DNA of 50,349 bases from Actinomycetota bacterium (GTDB lineage: Bacteria > Planctomycetota > Phycisphaerae > JAACET01): NCBI GenBank assembly GCA_011682385.1, contig JAACET010000005.1, forward strand, positions 1 to 50,349, given 5' to 3'. This document shows positions 1 to 8,370 of this stretch, piece by piece. A model generated the notes under the pieces. The model ran no database searches. It worked only from the letters and a program-made list of their open reading frames with translations, and was not told where the DNA came from. The number at the start of each line of letters is the position of its first letter. Position 1 is the first letter of the stretch. The position numbers and the translations under genes are program-made.

Positions 1-6
1 GAACAA

Positions 7-675
7 ATGATGGCCGAAGACAACAGCGAAGGACAAATCGACTCCAACACGGCCCAACCGCCCCCCAAAGCGATCAGCCCCCTGGTGCCATCGGCCAACA
101 AAGATCAGGATACAGCCGTCAAAGAATTGACGGCGAACATGCTGACCTACAATTCCTTCGTCGGCAGCCGACCCAGCAGCTTCAACGACCTTATGGCTCA
201 GGCTGAGACACTGCTAAAGGAGCGACAGTATTATTACGCGGCCAGGACCTACAGGAGAGCCACCGAACTGAGGCCCGAAAATCCACTGGCCTACCTGGGG
301 CGGGCCTACAGCCTGACCGGGGCGGGAGACCTGATCTCAGCGGCGGAAAACCTGGCCCAGGCCCTGGATTTATTCCCCGAACTGGCACAACGAAAAATCG
401 ATCTGCAGGGATTCTTCCACGACCCAGAAGAACTCAAACGCATAACCACTAAACTGGAAGCCATGGTCAAAGACAGAACCGATAACCCCCGTATACGACT
501 ACTGCTGGGATATATCTACCATTACAGCGGACAAAACGAGGCCGCAGTCCAGGTGCTAAACGAAGCAGCAAAATCGGCCAAAGTAGACCAAAAGGTCCCT
601 GCGAAAATGGCCAAAACTATAGAAAAATTCGCCCAGGATGTAGCTAAGCAAACAGGAAAAAACACTAACCCATAG
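7..675 (+). CDS. TPR-repeat protein
   Basis: 222-aa ORF with TPR-like helical repeats (YYYAARTYRRATELRPENPLAYLGRAYSLTGAGD). There is no in-frame stop between the window edge and the ATG at 7, so the true 5' end may lie outside the window. Confidence 0.6.
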   Translation: MMAEDNSEGQIDSNTAQPPPKAISPLVPSANKDQDTAVKELTANMLTYNSFVGSRPSSFNDLMAQAETLLKERQYYYAARTYRRATELRPENPLAYLGRAYSLTGAGDLISAAENLAQALDLFPELAQRKIDLQGFFHDPEELKRITTKLEAMVKDRTDNPRIRLLLGYIYHYSGQNEAAVQVLNEAAKSAKVDQKVPAKMAKTIEKFAQDVAKQTGKNTNP

Positions 676-814
676 CCCCCATCCCCACATAACAGTACTC
701 TTTCCATTATTAATAAAAGAATGTCTCTTGGGATATTGCCAAGCAGGATGGCTTCGGGTAAATACTAAACATACACCCCCACAACAGGGGCCACAAAACC
801 AGGTAACAGCAGAG

Positions 815-2599
815 ATGTCTAAACAAACGCTAAAAACACTAAAGCTGACCGACTTCATTGATCGTGAGGCCCTGCAGGAAATCCAAGAAAGCTTCTCGGC
901 AGTATCGAACACGGCAGTGAGCTTTCGAGATCCTCAAGGTAAACTCATTATTGAGCCGAGCCGGCCGGGAAACTTCTGCCAATTGATCCGGTCCAGTGAG
1001 TCCGGGGCCAAGGCCTGCGCGGCCAGCAATAGAGCGGCAGCCAAAACGGCTGGCCTGGGACCGGCCCAGGCGCGTAAGTGTCATGCGGGACTCTATCAGT
1101 ACGCTGCCCCAATCGTGCTGGAAGATAAACGGCTGGGAACCATTGTCATGGGCGACCGGCCAAAAAAAGCCCTGACCAAAGAACAAATCCGTAAGCTGAC
1201 CGAAAAGTACGGGTTGAAAGAAAAGGAACTGGCCGATGCGGCTGCGTCGCTGGCTCTATGGTCCGATAAACAAATGCGAGCCTGCATACGGCTGCTCTCG
1301 GTGCTGGGGAATAGCATAACTCGCATCTGCTACCAGGAACACGTGTTGCGAGAACGCCTGGGCGAGCTGGGCACGCTATACGATCTGACCGGCCAATTGT
1401 CCGGCACTCGTGAACTGGGCGAAACACTAAACGGACTGGCTAAATCCATAGTCCGGCTGACAAACGCCAAGGCCTGCTCGCTGAGAATTTTAAACAGGCA
1501 AACAAACGAACTGGAAATAAAGGCCCGCCACGGGTTCAGCAAAGGCTATCTCAAGAAAGGTCCGGTCAAGCTGGATCAGTCGAAAATAGATATGGCGGCC
1601 CTGGAAGGTGAACCAGTCTATATCGCCGATATGGCCAACGATCCACGGGTAATGTATAGACAACATGCCAAAACCGAAGGATTAGCCAGCGGCCTGGCCC
1701 TGGGAATGGTCTGCAAAGGACAAGCGATCGGAGTGATCCATCTATACACAGCGAAAAAACATAAATTCAGCAGGTTCGAATTAGCCTTGCTGCGAGCTGA
1801 GGCCTCAGTGGCAGCGGCGGCAATAGAAAACGCCAGGCTCTATAATGAATCCCTACAGGCCAGAGATATGGAGCGACAACTTCGTCTGGCGGCGGCAGTG
1901 CAACGACAAATGATCCCCCAGAAAGCTCCCCAACGCAAAGGGCTGGACCTGGCGGGAATATACGTGCCCTGCCTGGAATTGGCAGGAGATTTCTACGACT
2001 ATCTCGATCTGCCCGAAGGAAATCTGGGCATAGCTGTGGCTGATGTGGCCGGCAAAGGTGTGGCCGCCTCACTGCGAATGGCCAGCACCCGGGCAACCCT
2101 GCGAGCACAAGTAAACAAAGTCTTCGAGATCAGCGAGATCATGCGAAGCGTCAATGAGGCCTTTTGCCTTGACGTCGATCCGGACGACATGGTTACGCCA
2201 TTCGTGAGCATGTTCTACGGCGTACTGGATACAACCAACCGACGGCTGACCTATGCCAACGCCGGACATGAGCCGCCCCTATTACTGCGCGACGGCAAAG
2301 TAGTCCATCTGGCTGAGGGTGGGCCGGTACTGGGGATCGACCTGGCCAGCGCCTACTACCAGGACGCAGTAGATCTACAGGCAGGAGATGTCATGGTGAT
2401 TTGCACGGATGGACTGATCGAGGCCTGTAACTTCCAGGCTGAGCAATTCGGATCAAAACGGGTACTAAAGGCGGCCAAAGCCAAAGTCCAGGACAGTGCC
2501 AAGCATATCGCTAAACATATACTCTGGGAAATGCGGCGCTTCACCGGCCTAACTGAACGCATGGACGATATCACTATCGTTGTTGCCAAAATTACGTAA
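815..2599 (+). CDS. multi-sensor PP2C (SpoIIE/RsbU-type) serine phosphatase: PocR-like sensor + GAF + PP2C
   Basis: The ORF-track frame 728..2599 opens at TTG; the first ATG is 815 (MSKQTLK). N-terminal Cys-bearing PocR-like segment (NFCQLIRSSESGAKACAASN...KCHAGLYQYAAPIVLEDKRLGTIVMG), a central GAF-like region, and C-terminal PP2C motifs GDFYDY, VADVAGKGVAASL, TDGLIEA, DDITIVV. Confidence 0.8.
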   Translation: MSKQTLKTLKLTDFIDREALQEIQESFSAVSNTAVSFRDPQGKLIIEPSRPGNFCQLIRSSESGAKACAASNRAAAKTAGLGPAQARKCHAGLYQYAAPIVLEDKRLGTIVMGDRPKKALTKEQIRKLTEKYGLKEKELADAAASLALWSDKQMRACIRLLSVLGNSITRICYQEHVLRERLGELGTLYDLTGQLSGTRELGETLNGLAKSIVRLTNAKACSLRILNRQTNELEIKARHGFSKGYLKKGPVKLDQSKIDMAALEGEPVYIADMANDPRVMYRQHAKTEGLASGLALGMVCKGQAIGVIHLYTAKKHKFSRFELALLRAEASVAAAAIENARLYNESLQARDMERQLRLAAAVQRQMIPQKAPQRKGLDLAGIYVPCLELAGDFYDYLDLPEGNLGIAVADVAGKGVAASLRMASTRATLRAQVNKVFEISEIMRSVNEAFCLDVDPDDMVTPFVSMFYGVLDTTNRRLTYANAGHEPPLLLRDGKVVHLAEGGPVLGIDLASAYYQDAVDLQAGDVMVICTDGLIEACNFQAEQFGSKRVLKAAKAKVQDSAKHIAKHILWEMRRFTGLTERMDDITIVVAKIT

Positions 2600-2600
2600 G

Positions 2601-2719
2601 AAATATCAAAGTTCAAAAAGTAAAAGAGGCGGAAAGAAGGGGAAAAAAAGAAAGACCTGGATTCCGCATCAAGTGCGGAATGACACATTAGGACCCCCGG
2701 CACGTGGGCCGGGGGCATT
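2601..2719 (+). repeat. composite intergenic repeat: heptad-like tract + AAACGGA-like module + F2 palindrome (2656-2685) + F1 GC hairpin (2692-2719)
   Basis: Lies between convergent genes. Contains aaatatcaaagttcaaaaag, gaggcggaaagaagg, cctggATTCCGCAtcaagTGCGGAATgaca and gaCCCCCGGCacgtggGCCGGGGGcatt. The same modules recur elsewhere in the window. Confidence 0.85.
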
Positions 2720-2733
2720 AGATTGCGCCCAGT

Positions 2734-3795
2734 CTAGTCGGCGATGACGGTGATGCGCGATTTGCCGGTAACCAGCAGGTCAAAAAGCTCGGATACGTCC
2801 TCGTTCCGCATACGAATGCAGCCGTGCGAGGCCTGCTTGCCAATGGTCTGCGGCTCATTAGTACCATGTATGCCGTAGTCGGTCTGCTTGCCACCATCAG
2901 TAGCTAAATGCCGTAGGCTGATCCAATGGTTGCCGAGCGGATTCTTGGGATCCTCATGAGGAACATAGACCCGCCGGCCAGTCGATTCATCAACTACACC
3001 CCACCAGCCGGGATTCACCAGCTTATCACCGGCAACAAATGCCCCCGTGGGAGTGGAATTGTCCCGGCCAAGGCCAATAGCGAAACTCCTGATGTAGTAG
3101 TCGCCCAAGAAAACATCCAACTGGAAGTTCTTCTTGTAAATGATTATGTCAAAGGGGCCTTTGATAACCTTATAACTCCTGTCGGCCCGCATCGACCGGT
3201 CATTGGGAATATTGTTGATCTTCAGAAACAATTCGGGGGTAATATTATACTTTTTGACAATGGCTGAAGGCAAGTCGCCCGACTTGACGTGATAAGACTC
3301 CACAGTCGTATCACCAGGAGTAATGTGCGAACTGAAGGTCAACTCGTTGGAAATAGTAGTCAACTGCACCTGAATCATCTTGCGGTTGGCCTTATCCTTA
3401 ATGCCCTTAAGAGCCTGGCTAAGTTGCTTGCGGGCATTAACATAATCGGCCCGGTCAAAGGCATCTCGGCCGGCTTCCCAGTACTTCTGGTAAATGCTGG
3501 GCTGAACAGCAGGGGCCGGGGGAGGAGTCGGGGGTATCTCCTCAATCGGCGTGGTGATACTTTCCGGCTCAGGGGCCGGCGGAATCGACACCTCAGGGAC
3601 CGCTGGGATATCCGGGACATCGGGCGGAGCCTGCGGCGCTGTCTGCCGGCAGCCCCCACGGACCCAGAGGACCACCACAATAAGCAATACCACAATGGCT
3701 GCAACTATACCGATTACCGGAGCGGGTAAACCAAACCGACTTGGACGCCATAAGTTTCGGGCCACAATCCGGCCTCCTCGTGCTAGAGAAAACAA
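2734..3795 (-). CDS. L,D-transpeptidase (YkuD domain) with LysM domain, Pro-rich linker and N-terminal membrane anchor
   Basis: Catalytic motif HGTNEPQTIGKQASHGCIRMRNEDV; LysM-like YHVKSGDLPSAIVKKYNITPELFLKINNI; hydrophobic segment VIGIVAAIVVLLIVVVLWV near the N-terminus. Confidence 0.85.
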   Translation of the reverse strand: MFSLARGGRIVARNLWRPSRFGLPAPVIGIVAAIVVLLIVVVLWVRGGCRQTAPQAPPDVPDIPAVPEVSIPPAPEPESITTPIEEIPPTPPPAPAVQPSIYQKYWEAGRDAFDRADYVNARKQLSQALKGIKDKANRKMIQVQLTTISNELTFSSHITPGDTTVESYHVKSGDLPSAIVKKYNITPELFLKINNIPNDRSMRADRSYKVIKGPFDIIIYKKNFQLDVFLGDYYIRSFAIGLGRDNSTPTGAFVAGDKLVNPGWWGVVDESTGRRVYVPHEDPKNPLGNHWISLRHLATDGGKQTDYGIHGTNEPQTIGKQASHGCIRMRNEDVSELFDLLVTGKSRITVIAD

Positions 3796-3994
3796 TGTCT
3801 ATACCCCACGCTCAGTAACCAAAGAATATAGCCAAGGCGGTGGGCAGGCAAGTCAAAAAAATCAATTTGGCCCGGAAAGTCAGTCCCGGGGAATAATACA
3901 AAAGAAAAAGCAAAAAATCCTTGAACCGCAGGCCGATTAAGACGTAAAAAGTGTATCTGCCAAATGGACCGCTCTAAACAAAAGGAGAACCACT

Positions 3995-5563
3995 ATGAGT
4001 CCTAAACAGGGGAGAAAATGGTTTCTAACAGTGATCCTGTCCGCCCTGGCCCTGGGGTTGGCAGCAGAAGCGAGGACGGCAGGGGCTCAACAGGCTGTAA
4101 CCCAAACCACACGCGAACAACTGGCCAAAATGGAGGACATCTCGGCAGCGTTCAGGGCTGTGGCAGAGGTAGTGCGCCCAAGCGTGGTCAGCATACGGGT
4201 GAGAAAATATCCGGATAAAATCGAAACGGAGGATATCAAAGGGCCAAAACCATCCCCAGAGCAGCAGGAAAGGGACGAATTCCAAGAACGGCTGCGGCGG
4301 TTCTTCGGCCCAATCGACCCTGACTTCGGCGATCAACCCCACCGTCGCCAAATCCGACCACAACGGCCGGTCAGCGGGATAGGATCGGGAATCATCGTCG
4401 ATGCGGCAAAAGGATATATCCTGACCAACTACCACGTTGTCAGAGAGGCTGACGAAATACAAGTCAAACTGCATAACGGATACCGATACGCAGCAGAAGA
4501 AATCGGATACGACGAACGAGCAGACCTGGCCATCATAAAAATCGAGGCCGATAACCTCCAAGAGGCTATACTGGGTAACTCGGAAAAAGCAAAAACCGGG
4601 GACATCGTGCTGGCCGTGGGCAGCCCCTGGGGACTAGAACAAACCGTAACCCAAGGAATCATCTCGGCCAAAAACAGAAGCATCGGAAGCCTCCTGGGAT
4701 CGGGAATCTCCGATGCAGACTATATCCAAACAGATGCGGCGGTAAACCCCGGAAACAGCGGAGGACCATTAGTAAATGTACGCGGGCAAGTGATCGGAAT
4801 CAACGTGGCTATTCGGCCCCAAAGCGGAATGGTTCCAGCATACGCGGGAGTGGTGTTCGCAATCCCAATCGACCATGCCAAAGAAGTAATGGAACATATT
4901 ATCGCCGGTAAGCCGCTAAAGCGGGGATATCTGGGGGTCCGCTTCGTGGACCTGGCTGACGCAGAGTCAGGGCTGGCAAAGTCGCTGGGCAGCGAACACA
5001 GGCCAGGCGTCGTCCTGGGAGAAGTGCTGGCAAATGAACCTGCTCACAAGGCAGGACTACAGCCGGGAGATGTGATTCTTCAAGTCGATGGGCAAAGCAT
5101 CATAGATGGGGCGGTTTTGCAGCGAGCTATCGCTGGCAAACTGCCGGGAGATAAGGCAGTCCTCACCATCCTGCGAAACAAAAAGACCATGAAACTGACC
5201 GTAAAAGTCGGTGAGCAGCCCTCAGACGAAGAACTGGTGTCCATGCGCAGACACAAACCGACACAAGCAACTATCCAAAAAATGGGCCTGGAGGTGACTG
5301 AGCTGACGGCTGAAGAGGCGGCACAAATCGGCGTACCGACCCAGACCAAAGGACTGCTGGTAAAAAAGGTCAAACGCGGCAGCCTGGGGAATCGACTGGG
5401 TATTCGACCAAACGATGTCATCGTCGAACTACAACGGAAAAAAGTGCAAACCATCGAAGAATTCGACGCCATCCTGAAAACAATGTCGCCGACTGAAGGG
5501 ATATCGGTCACAGTAGTCAACAGGGCAGGGGCAAGGTTCTTGTACTTCCGCTTGCCAAGGTGA
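3995..5563 (+). CDS. HtrA/DegP-family periplasmic serine protease with two PDZ domains
   Basis: Signal-peptide-like N-terminus; catalytic triad contexts TNYHVV, DLAIIKI, GNSGGPL; two PDZ-like C-terminal segments; AAAGGAG Shine-Dalgarno upstream of the ATG. Confidence 0.9.
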   Translation: MSPKQGRKWFLTVILSALALGLAAEARTAGAQQAVTQTTREQLAKMEDISAAFRAVAEVVRPSVVSIRVRKYPDKIETEDIKGPKPSPEQQERDEFQERLRRFFGPIDPDFGDQPHRRQIRPQRPVSGIGSGIIVDAAKGYILTNYHVVREADEIQVKLHNGYRYAAEEIGYDERADLAIIKIEADNLQEAILGNSEKAKTGDIVLAVGSPWGLEQTVTQGIISAKNRSIGSLLGSGISDADYIQTDAAVNPGNSGGPLVNVRGQVIGINVAIRPQSGMVPAYAGVVFAIPIDHAKEVMEHIIAGKPLKRGYLGVRFVDLADAESGLAKSLGSEHRPGVVLGEVLANEPAHKAGLQPGDVILQVDGQSIIDGAVLQRAIAGKLPGDKAVLTILRNKKTMKLTVKVGEQPSDEELVSMRRHKPTQATIQKMGLEVTELTAEEAAQIGVPTQTKGLLVKKVKRGSLGNRLGIRPNDVIVELQRKKVQTIEEFDAILKTMSPTEGISVTVVNRAGARFLYFRLPR

Positions 5564-5602
5564 AAACAGACCTGAGCGAAAAAAGAGTAAAGCATGGGGA
5601 AT

Positions 5603-5689
5603 TGCCCGGGACTGGATTCGAACCAGCACCCCCGGTGTTATGGGGACTAGCACCTCAAGCTAGCGCGTCTGCCATTCCGCCACCCGGGC
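5603..5689 (-). tRNA. tRNA-Leu (anticodon GAG), no encoded CCA
   Basis: The reverse complement folds as a cloverleaf by hand. Acceptor GCCCGGG/CCCGGGC, anticodon stem CTAGC/GCTAG with loop TTGAGGT, long variable arm, T-loop GGTTCGAATCC. Confidence 0.9.
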
Positions 5690-5773
5690 ATTTCAGAATT
5701 GCTCGCCTCCGGCGACAAATAGATTAGGCTAAATTCAAGTGATTGTCAAGGTGCGGGTGATGACCCCAGGTGA

Positions 5774-5790
5774 AACCGGGGGCTAAATAT
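5774..5790 (+). repeat. F4 module AACCGGGGGCTAAATAT (copy 1 of 3)
   Basis: An identical 17-mer occurs at 8265-8281 and 32820-32836. Here it is preceded by ccccaggt, which forms an imperfect hairpin with accggggg. Confidence 0.8.
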
Positions 5791-5797
5791 GAGAGAA

Positions 5798-5825
5798 GAC
5801 CCCCGGCACGTAGGCCGGGGGCATT
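5798..5825 (+). repeat. F1 REP-like GC hairpin (perfect copy)
   Basis: gaCCCCCGGCacgtagGCCGGGGGcatt: 8-bp GC stem with a 6-nt loop. Confidence 0.9.
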
Positions 5826-5843
5826 CAAGCAAAGGGACAAGAA

Positions 5844-5871
5844 CTGCATTCCGCATCAAGTGACCAATGAC
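5844..5871 (+). repeat. F2 palindrome, degenerate copy
   Basis: ctgcATTCCGCAtcaagTGaCcAATgac. Its left arm is identical to the 2661-2668 copy and its right arm is mutated. Confidence 0.6.
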
Positions 5872-5880
5872 GGGAAGAAC

Positions 5881-5909
5881 CCCCCCCGGGCACGTAGGCC
5901 GAGGGCATT
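5881..5909 (+). repeat. F1 hairpin, degenerate copy
   Basis: cccccccgggcacgtaggccgagggcatt. Confidence 0.7.
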
Positions 5910-5943
5910 GGAAATAATTCGGGGGCATAGTGGCTGGGAGCGC

Positions 5944-6813
5944 TCAGAGCATCTCGGCGGCGGCCCGGATGTGCTCGGGAGTCGAACCGCAACAGCCGCC
6001 AATGAAGTCCGCACCAGCTCGCACCAAAGCAGGCACATACGAAGCAAAATCCTGAGGGCTGGCAGAAAACACAGTCTTACCTTCAATCAACTGCGGTAGG
6101 CCGGCATTGGGCTTAATCCATACGGGACCATCCCAACTCCGGCGGTAACGCTTAACCAGAGAAACAGCAATATCAGGACCTACGCCACAGTTGGCGCCAA
6201 AAGCGTCCGGAGATAATGGGGCCAATTCATCAACTATCCGAGCAGCGTCGGCACCCATGACAGTGCGGTCATTGTCAGAGCCGGCGGCAAAACTGAAACT
6301 GACCACCACAGGCAGATCACAGCTATCAGCCGCAGCCTTGAGAGCACAGCGGGCCTCGGCGGGGTCGGCAAAGGTCTCCAAAACAATAGCGGCTGCACCG
6401 GCGCGGGCCAGGGCAGTAATCTGCTGAGCAAAGGCCCTGGTCAACTCGGTCTCGGTGACTTCGCCGGTAATCAGCATTTTACCGGTTGGGCCGACCGAGC
6501 CAAAAACCAAAGCATCCATACCAACGGCCTCAGCAGAAATCTCAACAGCGGCCTTGTTCAGATCAGCTGTACGCTTATCCAGGCCGTGGCGAGCAAGGAC
6601 AATCGAATTGGCTTGGAAGGTGTTGGTCAAAACAACCTCCGAGCCGGCCTGGGCATAAGCTGAATGCACCGAGCCCACGGCCTGGGGATTGTCGAGGTTC
6701 CAAAGCTCAGGCGGTGTGCCGGCGGGCAGACCCAGAGCATCCAACTGGGTGCCCATGGCACCGTCAGTCAGGACCGGTCCGGCAGCAGAAAGTTCACTCA
6801 AATCAATAGGCAT
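5944..6813 (-). CDS. homocysteine S-methyltransferase-domain protein (stand-alone Hcy-binding domain, MmuM/MetH-N-like)
   Basis: 289 aa; Zn-ligand contexts GANCG and C-terminal GGCCGSTPEHI are typical of the Hcy-binding (S-methyl_trans) domain. No pterin or B12 domains follow. Confidence 0.8.
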   Translation of the reverse strand: MPIDLSELSAAGPVLTDGAMGTQLDALGLPAGTPPELWNLDNPQAVGSVHSAYAQAGSEVVLTNTFQANSIVLARHGLDKRTADLNKAAVEISAEAVGMDALVFGSVGPTGKMLITGEVTETELTRAFAQQITALARAGAAAIVLETFADPAEARCALKAAADSCDLPVVVSFSFAAGSDNDRTVMGADAARIVDELAPLSPDAFGANCGVGPDIAVSLVKRYRRSWDGPVWIKPNAGLPQLIEGKTVFSASPQDFASYVPALVRAGADFIGGCCGSTPEHIRAAAEML

Positions 6814-6846
6814 GGCAAAAGGCCCCTGGAGGTGACAACAAAATAA

Positions 6847-6884
6847 TGTAACTGTTCAGGCCCTTTGGGGCCTGAACAGTTACA
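6847..6884 (-). terminator. intrinsic terminator-like hairpin after the enolase-family gene
   Basis: Perfect 17-bp inverted repeat tgtaactgttcaggccc / gggcctgaacagttaca with a 4-nt loop. On the minus strand it is followed by TTATTTTGTTGT. Confidence 0.6.
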
Positions 6885-6896
6885 AAGAAAGATGTT

Positions 6897-8084
6897 TCAA
6901 AAAGCGATGGTAGCTAAAAGCGCAGTCTGGTAGCGGCGCAGTTTGGGCAGGTCAACGGTCACGCCGAGGCCCGGACCCATGGGACGCTTAATGCGACCAC
7001 CGTAGCCAAAACGGCTGGAACGATCAGAAATATCATCAGATAACAAAAAGGTGCCATAAGAACCCTCGGCAAAGGTCACTTCCGGTACCATGCTCAAAAA
7101 CCATCGGCCGGCAGCAGATAAAATGGCTGTCTCGCCGACCATGCAGCCGAGCTGATAGGAAATATCGGCCTTGCGTGCTAAATGGGCTAAACGCAGAGCA
7201 GGAATCAGGCCGCCGTTCTTGCTGATGCGAATGTTGAAAAAATCTACAGAACGCTCGTCAATGAAGGCCTGGGCCTGGCTGGGCAAAACCAGCGACTCGT
7301 CAACCATGATGGGCACAGCGACCTTAGTGCGTAACAAGGAATAAACCGACTGGTCCCGGGGTGAAAGGGGCTGTTCCACACAACAAATATCAAAACCGGC
7401 CAACAAAGGAAAAGTGTCCAGGGCCTTGTCCAAATCCCAGACGCCATTGACGTCGGCTCGTAAGCTGTAACGCTTGGAACGCAGTCCACGAGCAAGTGGC
7501 CGATGGACGGCTCGAAGAATGTCCTCGTCGTGGTCGGTGCCGAGCTTGATCTTAAAATCCCGCAGGCCAAACAGACGCATCTTGCGAAGCTTGCCAGTAA
7601 TCTGACGCGGGTCGTCGGCTGAAAGTACACCGGAAAAACGAACCGAGTTGAGAGAACCATCCAGGCGGAAATCAGGTACACCCAGCCAGCCGACAATCTC
7701 CTGCAAACCCCGGCGAAAATGTCGGCCAAAAGCGTCCAGCAGAGCCAACTCCACCGCACATCTAGCGGCAACAATGGGCTTGCCCCGCCGGCCAACCAAG
7801 GGCAACTCCTCCAGCTTGTTGAGCAAATCGGGAAAACTAACCGGAGCAAGGTCGGCTAACAGCGGTGCCAAAACAGTCTTAATAGAAGTGGCGGCACCGG
7901 AAATGGTTTCGCCGGAAACATACTCCCGAGCAATAGACTCGCCAAAACCAACGGAACCGTCGGAAAGCTCGGCTATGACAATCAAATTCTCGGAAACAGA
8001 CCGCTCGGCTGTAGAGTGGCGAAACGGACGGCGAAAGGGTATACTGAGGGAAAGGAGCTCCAGAGATTTCAGATAAGCTGACAT
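6897..8084 (-). CDS. enolase-superfamily enzyme, MLE subgroup (dipeptide epimerase / N-acylamino-acid racemase-like)
   Basis: KxK motif FKIKLG; metal-ligand contexts ADVNGVW, CVEQPL, MVDESL; second catalytic Lys in NIRISKNGG. The ATG at 8084 (MSAYLKSLELL) is preferred because the longer ORF-track N-terminus (ECPRPTCRGSP) is a translated F1 repeat. Confidence 0.8.
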   Translation of the reverse strand: MSAYLKSLELLSLSIPFRRPFRHSTAERSVSENLIVIAELSDGSVGFGESIAREYVSGETISGAATSIKTVLAPLLADLAPVSFPDLLNKLEELPLVGRRGKPIVAARCAVELALLDAFGRHFRRGLQEIVGWLGVPDFRLDGSLNSVRFSGVLSADDPRQITGKLRKMRLFGLRDFKIKLGTDHDEDILRAVHRPLARGLRSKRYSLRADVNGVWDLDKALDTFPLLAGFDICCVEQPLSPRDQSVYSLLRTKVAVPIMVDESLVLPSQAQAFIDERSVDFFNIRISKNGGLIPALRLAHLARKADISYQLGCMVGETAILSAAGRWFLSMVPEVTFAEGSYGTFLLSDDISDRSSRFGYGGRIKRPMGPGLGVTVDLPKLRRYQTALLATIAF

Positions 8085-8178
8085 AACGTATTTGTAAGCG
8101 GAAAGACCAGTGGGCGTCAAGAAACTATCAGAGATTGGGTGTATTAAGGTTTTGTGGAAATCATAAATATCTTGAGGG

Positions 8179-8206
8179 GACCCCCGGCACGTAGGCCGGG
8201 GGCATT
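8179..8206 (+). repeat. F1 REP-like GC hairpin (perfect copy)
   Basis: gaCCCCCGGCacgtagGCCGGGGGcatt, identical to the 5798-5825 copy. Confidence 0.9.
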
Positions 8207-8228
8207 CAACTAAATCCCCGGTGGGGCA

Positions 8229-8256
8229 CCCCAATCGCAAAATATGGCGATTGGGG
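8229..8256. repeat. 10-bp hairpin ccccaatcgc / gcgattgggg
   Basis: Inverted repeat with the 8-nt loop aaaatatg, in a divergent intergenic region. Single copy in this window. Confidence 0.5.
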
Positions 8257-8264
8257 ACCCCTAA

Positions 8265-8281
8265 AACCGGGGGCTAAATAT
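8265..8281 (+). repeat. F4 module AACCGGGGGCTAAATAT (copy 2)
   Basis: Exact 17-mer match to 5774-5790 and 32820-32836. Confidence 0.8.
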
Positions 8282-8327
8282 AACATGATCCACAGAACCT
8301 TAATGCACCCTCGGAGATTGTGAAAAA

Positions 8328-8353
8328 ACCCCGGGACCCAGCCCGAGGGCATT
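8328..8353 (+). repeat. F1 hairpin, degenerate copy
   Basis: accccgggacccagcccgagggcatt. It retains the GAGGGCATT tail and partial arms. Confidence 0.5.
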
Positions 8354-8370
8354 AGGAATAGCAGGAACGC

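Noticed and set aside
5603-5910. tRNA-Leu-associated genomic island or integration site. This also applies to tRNA-Leu(CAA) at 50151.
   Set aside because: No integrase, no direct repeat of the tRNA 3' end and no phage or IS genes are present. The flanking material is only the ubiquitous short repeats.
5746-6099. ORFs 5746..5928 (-), 5770..6099 (+) and 5856..6086 (-).
   Set aside because: They are translations of F1/F2/F4 repeats (CPRPTCPGG, PPARRPGAF) or antisense to the homocysteine methyltransferase gene.
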